Shown one piece after another: positions 17,098-25,492 of a stretch of 36,580 nucleotides of DNA. The position numbers and the translations under genes are program-made. The number at the start of each line of letters is the position of its first letter. Position 1 is the stretch's first letter. Source of the stretch: Dehalococcoidales bacterium (GTDB taxonomy: Bacteria > Chloroflexota > Dehalococcoidia > Dehalococcoidales > Fen-1064); the NCBI GenBank assembly GCA_052326545.1, contig JBKQML010000034.1, positions 1 through 36,580 on the forward strand. The letters run 5' to 3'. Under the pieces are notes generated by a model. That model was not told the origin of the DNA. It saw only the letters and a list, made by a program, of their open reading frames with translations, and searched no databases.

Positions 17098-18318
17098 TTA
17101 TTGAACATTGTCCTGAAGTTTGCCGGATAATTCCAGGTATACCTGGAAAAGACATTGCGCCGTTGAAGACCAATTGTATTTCATAACAGATTGCCGTGCC
17201 GATTTGGCCATCGATTCCCGGATTTCATTTTCACTCATGAGTAAACATAAATAAGTGGCAAGAACTTCCGGGGAACGTTCGTCAAACAGATAACCGGTTT
17301 CACCATCTTTGACAATCGTGGCCAGGCCGCCGACACGTGAAGCTAACACCGGTGTACCGGAAGCCAAAGCCTCTACCGCCACCATGCCAAAACTTTCGTG
17401 ATATGACGGGACAATACAAATATCGGCGGCGTTATAAAACGTCGGCATTCTGTCATGTTCCACTGCACCGACAAAACCAACCATATTACTGATACCTAGT
17501 TCGCTTACGAGAGAGTTCATTTTAACCAGTTCATTGGTTTTCCCGGCGTTTCCACCGACTACCAGCAGCCGTGTGGTGCCGTGGTTCGGCAAATAAGTCA
17601 TGGCATGCAGCAACAGTTCCAATCCCTTAAACGGCTGGAGTCGGCCGGCAAAAAGCAATACTCTCCGATATTCTTCCAGCGCCAGCTTTCGGCGCGCTTC
17701 TTCCCTGTCTGTCGGATAGAATAAATCAAGGTCAACACCGGCAGGGATAACCCTGACCTTTTCCGGTGTACTTCCATAGAGACGAATTAAATTATTTTTC
17801 CCTTCCTGAGTAGAAGTAACAATGCAATCTACGGTATTTATTATTGCCTTTTCGGATTGGATGCGAAGCTCCGGTTCTTCCTGCGTACCTGATGCCAGGT
17901 TCTTCACTGCCCCAAGTGTGTGGAAGGTCACAATGTGGGGAATTCCCAGTTGTTTTTTCAAGCGCTCGGCGACTAAAGCTGACGTCCAGTAATGACTGCG
18001 GATAATGTCATAATCCGCTCCGTCATTCTTCATGAATGCCAGTATATTTGCTTGAAATTCGGGCAGGCAATCATAGATATCTGTTTTAGCGATATCTTTA
18101 GGTTCGCCGGCCCGGATATGAATGAGACGTGTTCTCTCATTGATAGTTATGATTTCCGGTTCATTCGGGTCATGCCACCGCGCAAAAATATCTACCGGAA
18201 CACCCAATTTATTCATCTCGTGGCTGAGTGCCAAAATATATAAATTCATACCGCCAACATCCCCCGTACCCGGAGAACGCTGCGGACAACTGTGAACACT
18301 TATCTCGGCGATACGCAC
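17098..18318 (-). CDS. GT4-family retaining glycosyltransferase, MshA-like N-terminus
   Basis: 406-aa ORF with a GTG start and a GAGGAG ribosome-binding site. ISVHSCPQRSPGTGDVGGMNLYILALSHEM closely resembles the MshA-type motif (S.HTSPL.QPGTGD.GGMNVY). The GT4 EX7E motif is present (ESFGMVAVEALASGTPV). Confidence 0.88.
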   Translation of the reverse strand: MRIAEISVHSCPQRSPGTGDVGGMNLYILALSHEMNKLGVPVDIFARWHDPNEPEIITINERTRLIHIRAGEPKDIAKTDIYDCLPEFQANILAFMKNDGADYDIIRSHYWTSALVAERLKKQLGIPHIVTFHTLGAVKNLASGTQEEPELRIQSEKAIINTVDCIVTSTQEGKNNLIRLYGSTPEKVRVIPAGVDLDLFYPTDREEARRKLALEEYRRVLLFAGRLQPFKGLELLLHAMTYLPNHGTTRLLVVGGNAGKTNELVKMNSLVSELGISNMVGFVGAVEHDRMPTFYNAADICIVPSYHESFGMVAVEALASGTPVLASRVGGLATIVKDGETGYLFDERSPEVLATYLCLLMSENEIRESMAKSARQSVMKYNWSSTAQCLFQVYLELSGKLQDNVQ

Positions 18319-18322
18319 CGGT

Positions 18323-19309
18323 TCAACTCCTCGAAATCACGCATTGGGATATCGGCACATCCTGCCCGCCCAAATCATACTTATACGGCTCATTACCGGA
18401 TAGAAAATCGAAACGTTTTTTCCCTTTTTTAATCGCATCTCGAATCTCAAACACCTCAAGTAACAAGCTGACGCTTAACGACGAATAAGCCGGGTCGTAA
18501 GCGCTGTTATAGAGGTACCTATCATTATTATAATCGAAACACAGCGTGGCGCTAGTCCGCACTCCATCGACTTCCAGAAACGACAGCCGGATAAAGCCTT
18601 TTTCCGCCAGTGAGAATACCATCGTTGTAAAAAATTCTTTCTTCTGCTCGGTCATGAAATGCGCTTTCTCGGGATCACTCAACCGAAATAGTTTAAAGAA
18701 ACTCTCCATTGCCTGAGGCATCAGTTCTTTTTCAGTAACTGTATTATAGGTTATTGCATTCCCCTGCTCCAGCCTTCTTAATTTACGCCGTATCTCATGG
18801 CGGTCTTTAGTACTGAGTGAAGTAAGGTAATTTTCCCAGCTTGAGGGGAGGAAAAGTTGCGGGCTGACATTCTTCTGGTTTATCTCGACCTGGTAACCCC
18901 TTCGTCGAACTGAAGGAGCTAAAAATTTCAAAGTAGCGGATTCCGGCAGTACCGAATCAAGTTCCAAGGTATTCCATTCCAATCGTTCAAGGTAATCCAT
19001 TAACCGCGGAAAAACATAGTCTTCATAACCGGTCCGCACGACGAAATCCATGTAATCGCAAACGTCACTGCTGCCGATAAATGAAAGTGTCCCTTCCTTC
19101 CGTTTGAGTGGGGCAATGCCAACAATTTGGGAGTCATAATAGATGGAAAGAAGTGTCAGTTCGTAGTCACTGCCGCATACCTGCCACCATGCTTGTTGCC
19201 ATTGTGTGGTAAAAAAGATGTGATTGCTTGAACTGTTTTTCAGGAGCTCTTGCCATTTCGTGTCAAGGTTAACGAAAGTATCCAGCCGTACAGATTCGCC
19301 CATTTGCAA
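18323..19309 (-). CDS. CelD/BioF2-like (Acetyltransf_6, FemAB-related) GNAT-fold acyl/aminoacyl transferase
   Basis: 328-aa ORF. The length and sequence pattern (HIFFTTQWQQAWW..., LSIYYDSQIVGIAPL, C-terminal FDFLSGNEPYKYDLG) resemble the CelD-like GNAT family. Its stop lies 4 nt before the GT4 start. Confidence 0.75.
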   Translation of the reverse strand: MQMGESVRLDTFVNLDTKWQELLKNSSSNHIFFTTQWQQAWWQVCGSDYELTLLSIYYDSQIVGIAPLKRKEGTLSFIGSSDVCDYMDFVVRTGYEDYVFPRLMDYLERLEWNTLELDSVLPESATLKFLAPSVRRRGYQVEINQKNVSPQLFLPSSWENYLTSLSTKDRHEIRRKLRRLEQGNAITYNTVTEKELMPQAMESFFKLFRLSDPEKAHFMTEQKKEFFTTMVFSLAEKGFIRLSFLEVDGVRTSATLCFDYNNDRYLYNSAYDPAYSSLSVSLLLEVFEIRDAIKKGKKRFDFLSGNEPYKYDLGGQDVPISQCVISRS

Positions 19310-19463
19310 TCAGTATAGCATCAAATCTATGTTCCCAACAACCGGAATTCGAAGTGGGAAAATAGCGCTAAGGTATGCTATCTTATTGTTTATAAACGGT
19401 ATCGAAACTTTTTTCGCAGTAAGACGTTTTAAATTATGTATAAATTCCAGGGAGGCAGGAAAA

Positions 19464-19862
19464 ATGAAATCAAAATGGCTGATATTGGGAACTGTCGGTG
19501 TAATGCTGCTGGCGGTGACAGCCTGCTCGTCATTACCGAAACAGGTATCGGTGGACGAATCTTCCTCCGGAAAACAGACAACCATTGCCGTTGGCGGCTC
19601 AATAACGGTGACACTGGATTCGAATGTCACAACCGGCTATAGCTGGCAATTAACAGGAATCAGCGATAACGGCGTGTTAGAAAAGACGAATAACGTGTAT
19701 GAAGCCCCCACCGGCAACCTGATAGGAGCGGGTGGTAAAGAGGTCTGGACTTTTCATGCGCTTGGTACCGGAAAGGCAACATTAAGTATGGAATACGATC
19801 AACCTTGGACAGGAGGCCAAAAAGATGCGAAGAGTTTCACTTTGATGGTGATCGTAAAATAA
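19464..19862 (+). CDS. chagasin-family (MEROPS I42) cysteine-peptidase inhibitor, lipoprotein
   Basis: The ORF-track frame 19224..19862 was trimmed to the ATG at 19464, after GGAGGCAGG. The signal peptide plus lipobox reads MKSKWLILGTVGVMLLAVTAC. All three chagasin loops are present: NVTTGYSW (NPTTGxxW), GAGG (GxGG) and QPW (RPW). Confidence 0.87.
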   Translation: MKSKWLILGTVGVMLLAVTACSSLPKQVSVDESSSGKQTTIAVGGSITVTLDSNVTTGYSWQLTGISDNGVLEKTNNVYEAPTGNLIGAGGKEVWTFHALGTGKATLSMEYDQPWTGGQKDAKSFTLMVIVK

Positions 19863-19911
19863 ATGAGGAACAGCCGAAAGAAGAAAGATTCCGCAGGATA
19901 AATCGATATAA

Positions 19912-19957
19912 GGTTGTCAGGACCGAATAAATTTTATTCTAAACCATCCTGACAACC
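19912..19957. terminator. bidirectional terminator between the convergent chagasin-like and RRM genes
   Basis: ggttgtcagga ... tcctgacaacc forms an 11 bp perfect outer stem that encloses an inner gaataaa/tttattc stem. The flanks are T/A-rich on both strands. Confidence 0.7.
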
Positions 19958-19982
19958 AAAATCTTTTAGCCGAAGGTGGCTA

Positions 19983-20345
19983 CTAGCGTCTGCCGCCCCG
20001 TCCCCTATCGTCTCTGCCGCCGCCGCGCTTGTCGCCGTATCCGCCGCCACCATATCCACCGCCACCGTATCCACCGCTTCTGCCGCCACCGCTGCCGCCC
20101 TCGGTACGAGGTCGAGCCTCATTGACCACCAGGGTGCGCTCTTTAACCGCTTTACCGTTAAGTCCGGCAATAGCGGCATCGGCTTCTGCTTTATTGTTCA
20201 TTTCGACAAAAGCAAAACCTTTGGAACGGCCGCTGTATCTATCGGTAACAACACTAACGGAAGCAACTTCGCCGAAAGCGGAAAAATCTTTTCTCAGCTC
20301 ATCTTCGGTCGTGTCATAAGACAGGTTTCCTACATATATTCTCAT
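19983..20345 (-). CDS. RRM-type RNA-binding protein with a Gly/Arg-rich tail
   Basis: Trimmed to the ATG at 20345. RNP2 is IYVGNL and RNP1 is KGFAFVEM. The C-terminal tail reads GGSGGGRSGGYGGGGYGGGGYG...RGRGGRR. Confidence 0.9.
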   Translation of the reverse strand: MRIYVGNLSYDTTEDELRKDFSAFGEVASVSVVTDRYSGRSKGFAFVEMNNKAEADAAIAGLNGKAVKERTLVVNEARPRTEGGSGGGRSGGYGGGGYGGGGYGDKRGGGRDDRGRGGRR

Positions 20346-20395
20346 ACGAACATCCCTCAACTACTTATTCTTTGTTATTATTCATTAAATTGAAT

Positions 20396-20433
20396 GGGCA
20401 TACACAGACTACTTTCATAGTCCGTGTATGCCC
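20396..20433 (-). terminator. rho-independent terminator after the zinc-ribbon gene
   Basis: gggcatacacagact / agtccgtgtatgccc forms a 15 bp stem with 1 mismatch and an 8 nt loop. It starts 18 nt after the stop at 20451, and a T-rich tract follows on the minus strand. Confidence 0.7.
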
Positions 20434-20450
20434 TTACCATCAAACCAATC

Positions 20451-20744
20451 TTATCTCGATGCTCTGACCTTATTGTAGCAATCGCTACAATAGACAGGTC
20501 TGTCGCTGCGAGGTTCAAAAGGTACTTCGGTGTCTTTGCCACACGTGGCACACTTCACAGGGAACATCTGACGACGACCGCCGGTTCTACTATTGCGGTC
20601 GGTTTTCCTTGCCTGGCGGCATGTGGGACAGCGCTTCGGCTCGTTGGTATAGCCTTTAGTCTGGAAAAATTCCTGTTCATCAGCGCTAAAGGTGAAGTTT
20701 GCGCCACAATCGGCACAGGTGAGCTGTTTGTCCTCAAAACTCAT
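20451..20744 (-). CDS. double CxxC zinc-ribbon protein (CxxC_CxxC_SSSS / zf-trcl type)
   Basis: 97 aa, MSFEDKQLTCADCGANFTFSADEQEFFQTKGYTNEPKRCPTCRQ...KCATCGKDTEVPF.P...RPVYCSDCY. This gives two CxxC...CxxC ribbons. A GGAGG ribosome-binding site is present. Confidence 0.85.
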   Translation of the reverse strand: MSFEDKQLTCADCGANFTFSADEQEFFQTKGYTNEPKRCPTCRQARKTDRNSRTGGRRQMFPVKCATCGKDTEVPFEPRSDRPVYCSDCYNKVRASR

Positions 20745-21008
20745 TGGATGACCTCCTTCTCTATAATATTTTAGTTAGAGTTCGGGTCATCCAATACTCA
20801 GGGGGATGGAAGTATAAGGTATGCAATGAACCTTCGCTTAACTAATCAAATTTATTATACAACTATTTCAAATCATTTGTAAAACCGGTGTGCGTGCGGC
20901 GGAAGATATTTCAAATATTATGTAAGGCAATGAATATATTCAAATTAAGATTGGTTCAGGTAGAATCCGTCTACCATCCTGATTATTATTTTGGACGTTC
21001 CAGCCAAT

Positions 21009-21689
21009 CTACTTTTTTGCCACAATTATTGTATTGTTTTCGATACGAAACACTATTTCGGCAGAGGCAAATCCGGCTTGTTTGAACATCGCAATCTGAT
21101 TATCAACGGTAAAAGGTATATCGAAATGATAAAACCCGGTTTGAGGAATATTCAACTCGCGGCGGATTCTGGCATTTTCGGCGTGTAGTTCATCTTCGAT
21201 TGCCTGTTCGGTCACCATATAATCTGCTTCGATATATAGTCCATGCGGCTGCAAAGATTTGCGGATTTTGCGGTATAATCCGACTTTTTCATCGCGGGAA
21301 AAGTGATGCATCGTCTGGTATGAAATGCCCGTATCGAAAGCATTTTCGCCGAAATCTATGTCAAAATAGCTGCCGCAGATTAGTGTTATGTCTTTGTCAG
21401 CGTGTTTTTGTTTTAGCTTATCGAGCATGGCCGGTGTTAAATCGATACCAACGACCGAAACACGGGGAAATCGCCTGAATATTTCGTCGAGCTCCAACCC
21501 GGTGCCGCAACCGAGGTCAATGATTTTGGTGGTATGCGCTGGAATCAACTCCACCAGTTTATGGTATCCCTCTTTACATCCTTTGATGGTGTTAATCATA
21601 TGTTCTTCGTAGCCGTCAACCCGTGCCTCAAAAAAATCACTCATTTTTTCGAGCTTTACCGGCCTGCCCCGGAATTCACGATTTGTCAT
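21009..21689 (-). CDS. class I SAM-dependent methyltransferase
   Basis: 226 aa. SAM-binding motif I is IIDLGCGTGLE, and the post-I/II blocks are present (VVGIDLTPAML, ICGSYFD). The start overlaps the upstream GNAT stop (ATGA). Confidence 0.85.
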   Translation of the reverse strand: MTNREFRGRPVKLEKMSDFFEARVDGYEEHMINTIKGCKEGYHKLVELIPAHTTKIIDLGCGTGLELDEIFRRFPRVSVVGIDLTPAMLDKLKQKHADKDITLICGSYFDIDFGENAFDTGISYQTMHHFSRDEKVGLYRKIRKSLQPHGLYIEADYMVTEQAIEDELHAENARIRRELNIPQTGFYHFDIPFTVDNQIAMFKQAGFASAEIVFRIENNTIIVAKK

Positions 21690-22180
21690 AAATTTTTCCG
21701 CCTGATTTCCATGTTGATCGCAATCCAGCCATTGGGCCGTATGATTTTGTTAGTTTTTACAAAACCGGCTTTTTCATAACACCTGACGGCTGCCTTATTG
21801 AAATCAAAAACACTTAATTCCAGTGTTTTAAGCGGCATTTCGTTAAAAACGTCTTTGACAAACATCCCCAGAGCTTTTGTTCCATAGCCTTTGCCCGTTT
21901 TCGCAGGGTCAATCAAAAAATGGCCGACGGCGGCCCGCTTCATTCCAAAATCGATTTTCATCAGCTCGATAGTCCCGATCATGTTCCCGTCCATCATGAT
22001 GCTGTATATTTTATAATCCGCGCCGGCGTTCGGAATAAGTCTTTCAGTAATCTGTTCTTCCGTTATCGGATACCGGTAGCCCCTGCCTGCCCATTGTGCC
22101 AGGAAATCAGCATTTTTCCCGGCATTCCACGCGACAATGCAGTTTGCATCCTTCTTTTCTAACGGTACGATACGGATCAT
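21686..22180 (-). CDS. GNAT-family N-acetyltransferase (RimJ/RimL-like)
   Basis: 164 aa. The protein has a GNAT core (GHFLIDPAKTGKGYGTKAL, then NKAAVRCYEKAGF). Confidence 0.85.
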   Translation of the reverse strand: MIRIVPLEKKDANCIVAWNAGKNADFLAQWAGRGYRYPITEEQITERLIPNAGADYKIYSIMMDGNMIGTIELMKIDFGMKRAAVGHFLIDPAKTGKGYGTKALGMFVKDVFNEMPLKTLELSVFDFNKAAVRCYEKAGFVKTNKIIRPNGWIAINMEIRRKNL

Positions 22181-22722
22181 GATACAGCTTGTCTCTCTCT
22201 AAATTATAAATTTGGATTTCATTATACAATAAAAACCATCCATCCGGAGAAATCTTGTTGTATCAATCTCTGATAAATGATCTGGTATAGATAAGGGGAT
22301 TTGAACTCCTGATCTGCTCGAAAAATCGGGGCGTTCTCCTCCATCAGGCATCTAATCCCGGGGTTTTAACCTGACCTGTTTTCCCAAAACAGGTACAACT
22401 ATTGTGGGCAAGCCGGTCCTCGCTTATTTTTGTCATGGAAGCAACGATACCTTTAGTATTTGATACTCCTGCTGATAATGATATTATAATGGTAGAAACA
22501 AATTCGGGCGGGCGTATCCGGCTCAGCCTTATCCTGAAGAATGCTTTAAGAATAACCAACGAACCGTAATTAACACTTGAACGGATTATTTGAAGTTTGT
22601 ATAGATTTCCGTTATCCGGTGATAAATGCTCAACCCGATATACAACATAAAAAGACAATACATCCAACACAGAAAAACCCGGGAATAAATTCGTATATTG
22701 GATAAAAAATACGCGCCACGTA

Positions 22723-22731
22723 TGTTATAAT
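22723..22731 (+). promoter_or_regulatory. extended -10 promoter element candidate for the Mo/W oxidoreductase operon
   Basis: TGTTATAAT matches TGnTATAAT, with TATAAT at 22726-22731, about 65 nt upstream of the ATG at 22796. There is no good -35 at standard spacing. Confidence 0.4.
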
Positions 22732-22795
22732 TTACGCTAATCTAAATAGTCACCGCAGAAATCAGAAAAAATCTCTGCATTTCAGGAAGGATTAA

Positions 22796-25477
22796 ATGGT
22801 AAATAAACAGAAAAAATCCGTGACATTACCTCCATCGGGTGAGACAGGAGGAATTCAGGAAGACGTCTGGATCCCTGCGGTGTGCCACGCCCAATGTGTC
22901 GACCAGGGTTGTTTGATGAAAGTACACCGCGTGAACGGAGTGGCTGTCGGTATCGAACCGAATACAGATATCGAAAACTACGAAAAGCTGGTCAGAAATC
23001 GGGGAAAGTTATGTCCCAAACCGTATATGCTGTTGCAAAAAATCTATAATCCTCACCGGATAAAGACTCCGTTGAAAAGAACAAATCCTGAAAAAGGGGT
23101 GGGTATAGACCCGAAATGGGTTGAAATAAGCTGGGATGAAGCCCTGGATACGATTGCCGAAAAACTGAAACAAATCAGGGGTTCGGACACCATCAAGCTG
23201 GCCGAAGCTCGCGGAACAGCATCGATTCGGAATGAAGGCTGGTGGGCATTTCTGCGATCTTATGGGCCTACCCAGGTACTATGGGGAGGACGTTCCACCC
23301 ACTGCCGTCAAGCACAGCATGCCTTTGGCGACAGGATTCATGGCGGTTCGGCGTGCGTGCCTGATCTCGACTATTGCAATTATCTGGTAATCTTTGGTGC
23401 CAATCCTGCGGCTGCAGGGGGCGCCGCGGAGAATCCAATATTTGCCAAAGCCAGAGAGAGGGGTATGAAAATAATTGCCATCGACCCGGTACTTTCAACC
23501 ACCGCAGCCAAAGCAGATGAATGGCTGCCGATCAAACCGGGTACCGATTGTGCTTTCATTTTAGCAATGATTAACATCATATTGCATGAGATTAAGGTCT
23601 ATGATGTGCCGTTTCTGAAGGAAATGACAAATTCTCCTTACCTGGTGGGGCCGGACGGTTACTGGTTGAGGGATAAAGCAACAACGAAGGCGCAGGTCTG
23701 GGACCCGATAGACCGGAAAGCGAAGACGTATGATGACACTAATATTAAAGATTTCGCCCTGGAAGGGGTTTTTGAAATTGAAGGTGTCGAGGGTAGACCG
23801 GCATTCCAGGTGCTCAAGGATCACATCAAACAATACACACCGGAATGGGCAGCAGCGATCACCGAAATTACCGCCGACAAGATACGGAGAATCACCAAAG
23901 AGTTCGTAGACGCGGCGCGGATTGGAAGCACCATCGACATCGAGGGGGAGCGTTTACCTTTAAGGCCGGCTACCACGCACGTCGGCCGGGGTGTCACCGG
24001 ACAGGTCCACTCTTACCAGACAGTGTTGGCCGACCATATCCTGGCAATTTTGATTGGCGGTCTTGAAGTGCCCGGCGGACATATGGGGGGTGCCACTTTT
24101 GCTAAAGGTGTAAGAACAAAAGAGGGCTTTCTCTTTAAGGGTAACGGTATGAGCAGCGGCGTAGAAATCGGCGATGACGGAATGCAGGATACGCATCACC
24201 GCTCTTTTCAATGGCCTCCTATCAGTTACAGCGGGTGGGAAATGTTGATTCCGTTTATGGATGACCATCCATATCCCAAACCTCCTTTTCTTAATCCGGC
24301 CGAGAGCCTTTACAGTATGGACCATCTTGATTGGCTGAACCTGGTGAATCCCCCGAAGGGACTGCCGGTCCCTCCCTTGCCGGAAGTATGGATCAGACAC
24401 CGTTGTAATCCGATACTGGCGCTTGGCGAGTCTAAATATGCAATTGAGGTTTTAAAGAAAATTCCTTTCACTGTAAGTATCTCGTATACCATGGACGAAG
24501 TAACCGACTTTGCCGATATCTTGTTGCCGGACCAGCTTGAGCTGGAGAGCCTGGTTCCGATTTTCTCAATTAGAGAAGCCGGCCATCGGAAGGGCTTTAT
24601 GATGCCGTTGAACCAACCAATTGTTGAGCCGCTGCCCGATATTATGAACATTAATGATGTTTTAACCGAATTAGCGGATAGAGCCGGCTTTCTGGATGAA
24701 TTCAACAAACAGATGAATAAGGTGATCGGTTTTAGCGACAATGACCCTAACAGGCTGGAACCGGGTAAAAAATATTCGTGGGAAGAGGTAGTCGACCGAA
24801 AGTGCAAGTTCTATACAAACGGGACCTACGATCTGGAGTGGTTTAAGAAGAACCACATTCTTGTCAAGCCGGTCAGTGTAGAAGAACAGTATGACATTTA
24901 TTTTAATATGAAGTCTAAAAAACTGAGATATCCGGTTCCTTATATGGAGGTGGTGAAGCGGTCGGGAGATGAACTCAATCGTAATTTGGTCGAAAAAGGC
25001 ATCGATTGGTGGCCAACGGATGAGTACACCGCGCTCCCTGTATATTTTCCGCCGGTATTAGAAGAGGCCCCTCCTGAACATGATTTCTACGTAGTTAATT
25101 GCCGCGTCGCACCGACTTCCTGGGGAGCAAACGTCGGTCTTCCGTGGGTAAATGAAATTTCAGCGCAACTGAGAGGGGTAGGTAACGTCTTGATGAATGC
25201 TAAGACGGCGGAGAAGAGGGGAATTAAAGACGGTGACGAAATATGGATTGAATCGACAACGGGCAAGATCAAGCAAAAGGTAAAGTTGTGTCAGGGAATA
25301 CGTCCGGATTGCCTGTTGATATCCGGCCAATTCGGTCAATGGGCAATGCCGGTAGCAAAAGAAACGGGTAGAGCCACAATTTCAACACTTTTACCGATTA
25401 GTTTAGCCTGGACAGACAAAATGACCGGTAACCAGCAATGGATCGTCGTGAAAGCCAAAGTCTATAAAGAAACGTGA
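22796..25477 (+). CDS. molybdopterin (Mo/W-bisPGD, DMSO-reductase superfamily) oxidoreductase catalytic subunit, cytoplasmic type
   Basis: 893 aa with an AGGAAGGA ribosome-binding site. The N-terminal Fe-S region is C30-x3-C34-x4-C39...C73 (VCHAQCVDQGC...GKLCPKP). Typical family blocks are present (YNPHRIKTPLKR, ISWDEALD, YLVIFGANP, IAIDPV, WLPIKPGTD, and the C-terminal DGDEIWIES barrel). There is no twin-arginine motif, and an in-frame TAA lies immediately before the ATG. Confidence 0.92.
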   Translation: MVNKQKKSVTLPPSGETGGIQEDVWIPAVCHAQCVDQGCLMKVHRVNGVAVGIEPNTDIENYEKLVRNRGKLCPKPYMLLQKIYNPHRIKTPLKRTNPEKGVGIDPKWVEISWDEALDTIAEKLKQIRGSDTIKLAEARGTASIRNEGWWAFLRSYGPTQVLWGGRSTHCRQAQHAFGDRIHGGSACVPDLDYCNYLVIFGANPAAAGGAAENPIFAKARERGMKIIAIDPVLSTTAAKADEWLPIKPGTDCAFILAMINIILHEIKVYDVPFLKEMTNSPYLVGPDGYWLRDKATTKAQVWDPIDRKAKTYDDTNIKDFALEGVFEIEGVEGRPAFQVLKDHIKQYTPEWAAAITEITADKIRRITKEFVDAARIGSTIDIEGERLPLRPATTHVGRGVTGQVHSYQTVLADHILAILIGGLEVPGGHMGGATFAKGVRTKEGFLFKGNGMSSGVEIGDDGMQDTHHRSFQWPPISYSGWEMLIPFMDDHPYPKPPFLNPAESLYSMDHLDWLNLVNPPKGLPVPPLPEVWIRHRCNPILALGESKYAIEVLKKIPFTVSISYTMDEVTDFADILLPDQLELESLVPIFSIREAGHRKGFMMPLNQPIVEPLPDIMNINDVLTELADRAGFLDEFNKQMNKVIGFSDNDPNRLEPGKKYSWEEVVDRKCKFYTNGTYDLEWFKKNHILVKPVSVEEQYDIYFNMKSKKLRYPVPYMEVVKRSGDELNRNLVEKGIDWWPTDEYTALPVYFPPVLEEAPPEHDFYVVNCRVAPTSWGANVGLPWVNEISAQLRGVGNVLMNAKTAEKRGIKDGDEIWIESTTGKIKQKVKLCQGIRPDCLLISGQFGQWAMPVAKETGRATISTLLPISLAWTDKMTGNQQWIVVKAKVYKET

Positions 25478-25492
25478 GAAGGGAGCTCAGGA

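Noticed and set aside
20020-20110. Tandem repeat (ccgccacc/gtatcc periodicity).
   Set aside because: This is the coding sequence of the GGYGGGGYGGGGYG tail of the RRM protein. It is low-complexity coding sequence, not an independent repeat element.
22285-22316. Possible tRNA gene on the minus strand (GTTCAAATC T-loop, acceptor half, ACCA).
   Set aside because: Only the 3' third is tRNA-like. The acceptor half is all A/T (TATCTAT) with no complementary 5' strand at the right distance. No anticodon or D arm can be folded, and the T-stem has a mismatch. I kept it only as a fragment or scar hypothesis.
22344-22670. 108-aa minus-strand ORF in the long spacer.
   Set aside because: It has no ribosome-binding site, a non-protein-like composition and no recognisable motif. 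It spans the hairpin and tRNA-like fragment.
22181-22795. Molybdenum/tungsten cofactor (Moco) riboswitch upstream of the Mo/W enzyme.
   Set aside because: I could not find the conserved Moco-motif core by eye. The most structured part is more than 400 nt from the start codon. A covariance-model search would be needed before making any claim.
22796-25477. Selenocysteine-containing formate-dehydrogenase-type enzyme.
   Set aside because: The ORF is uninterrupted, with no in-frame TGA. The candidate ligand region carries Cys, and no SECIS-like hairpin is required.
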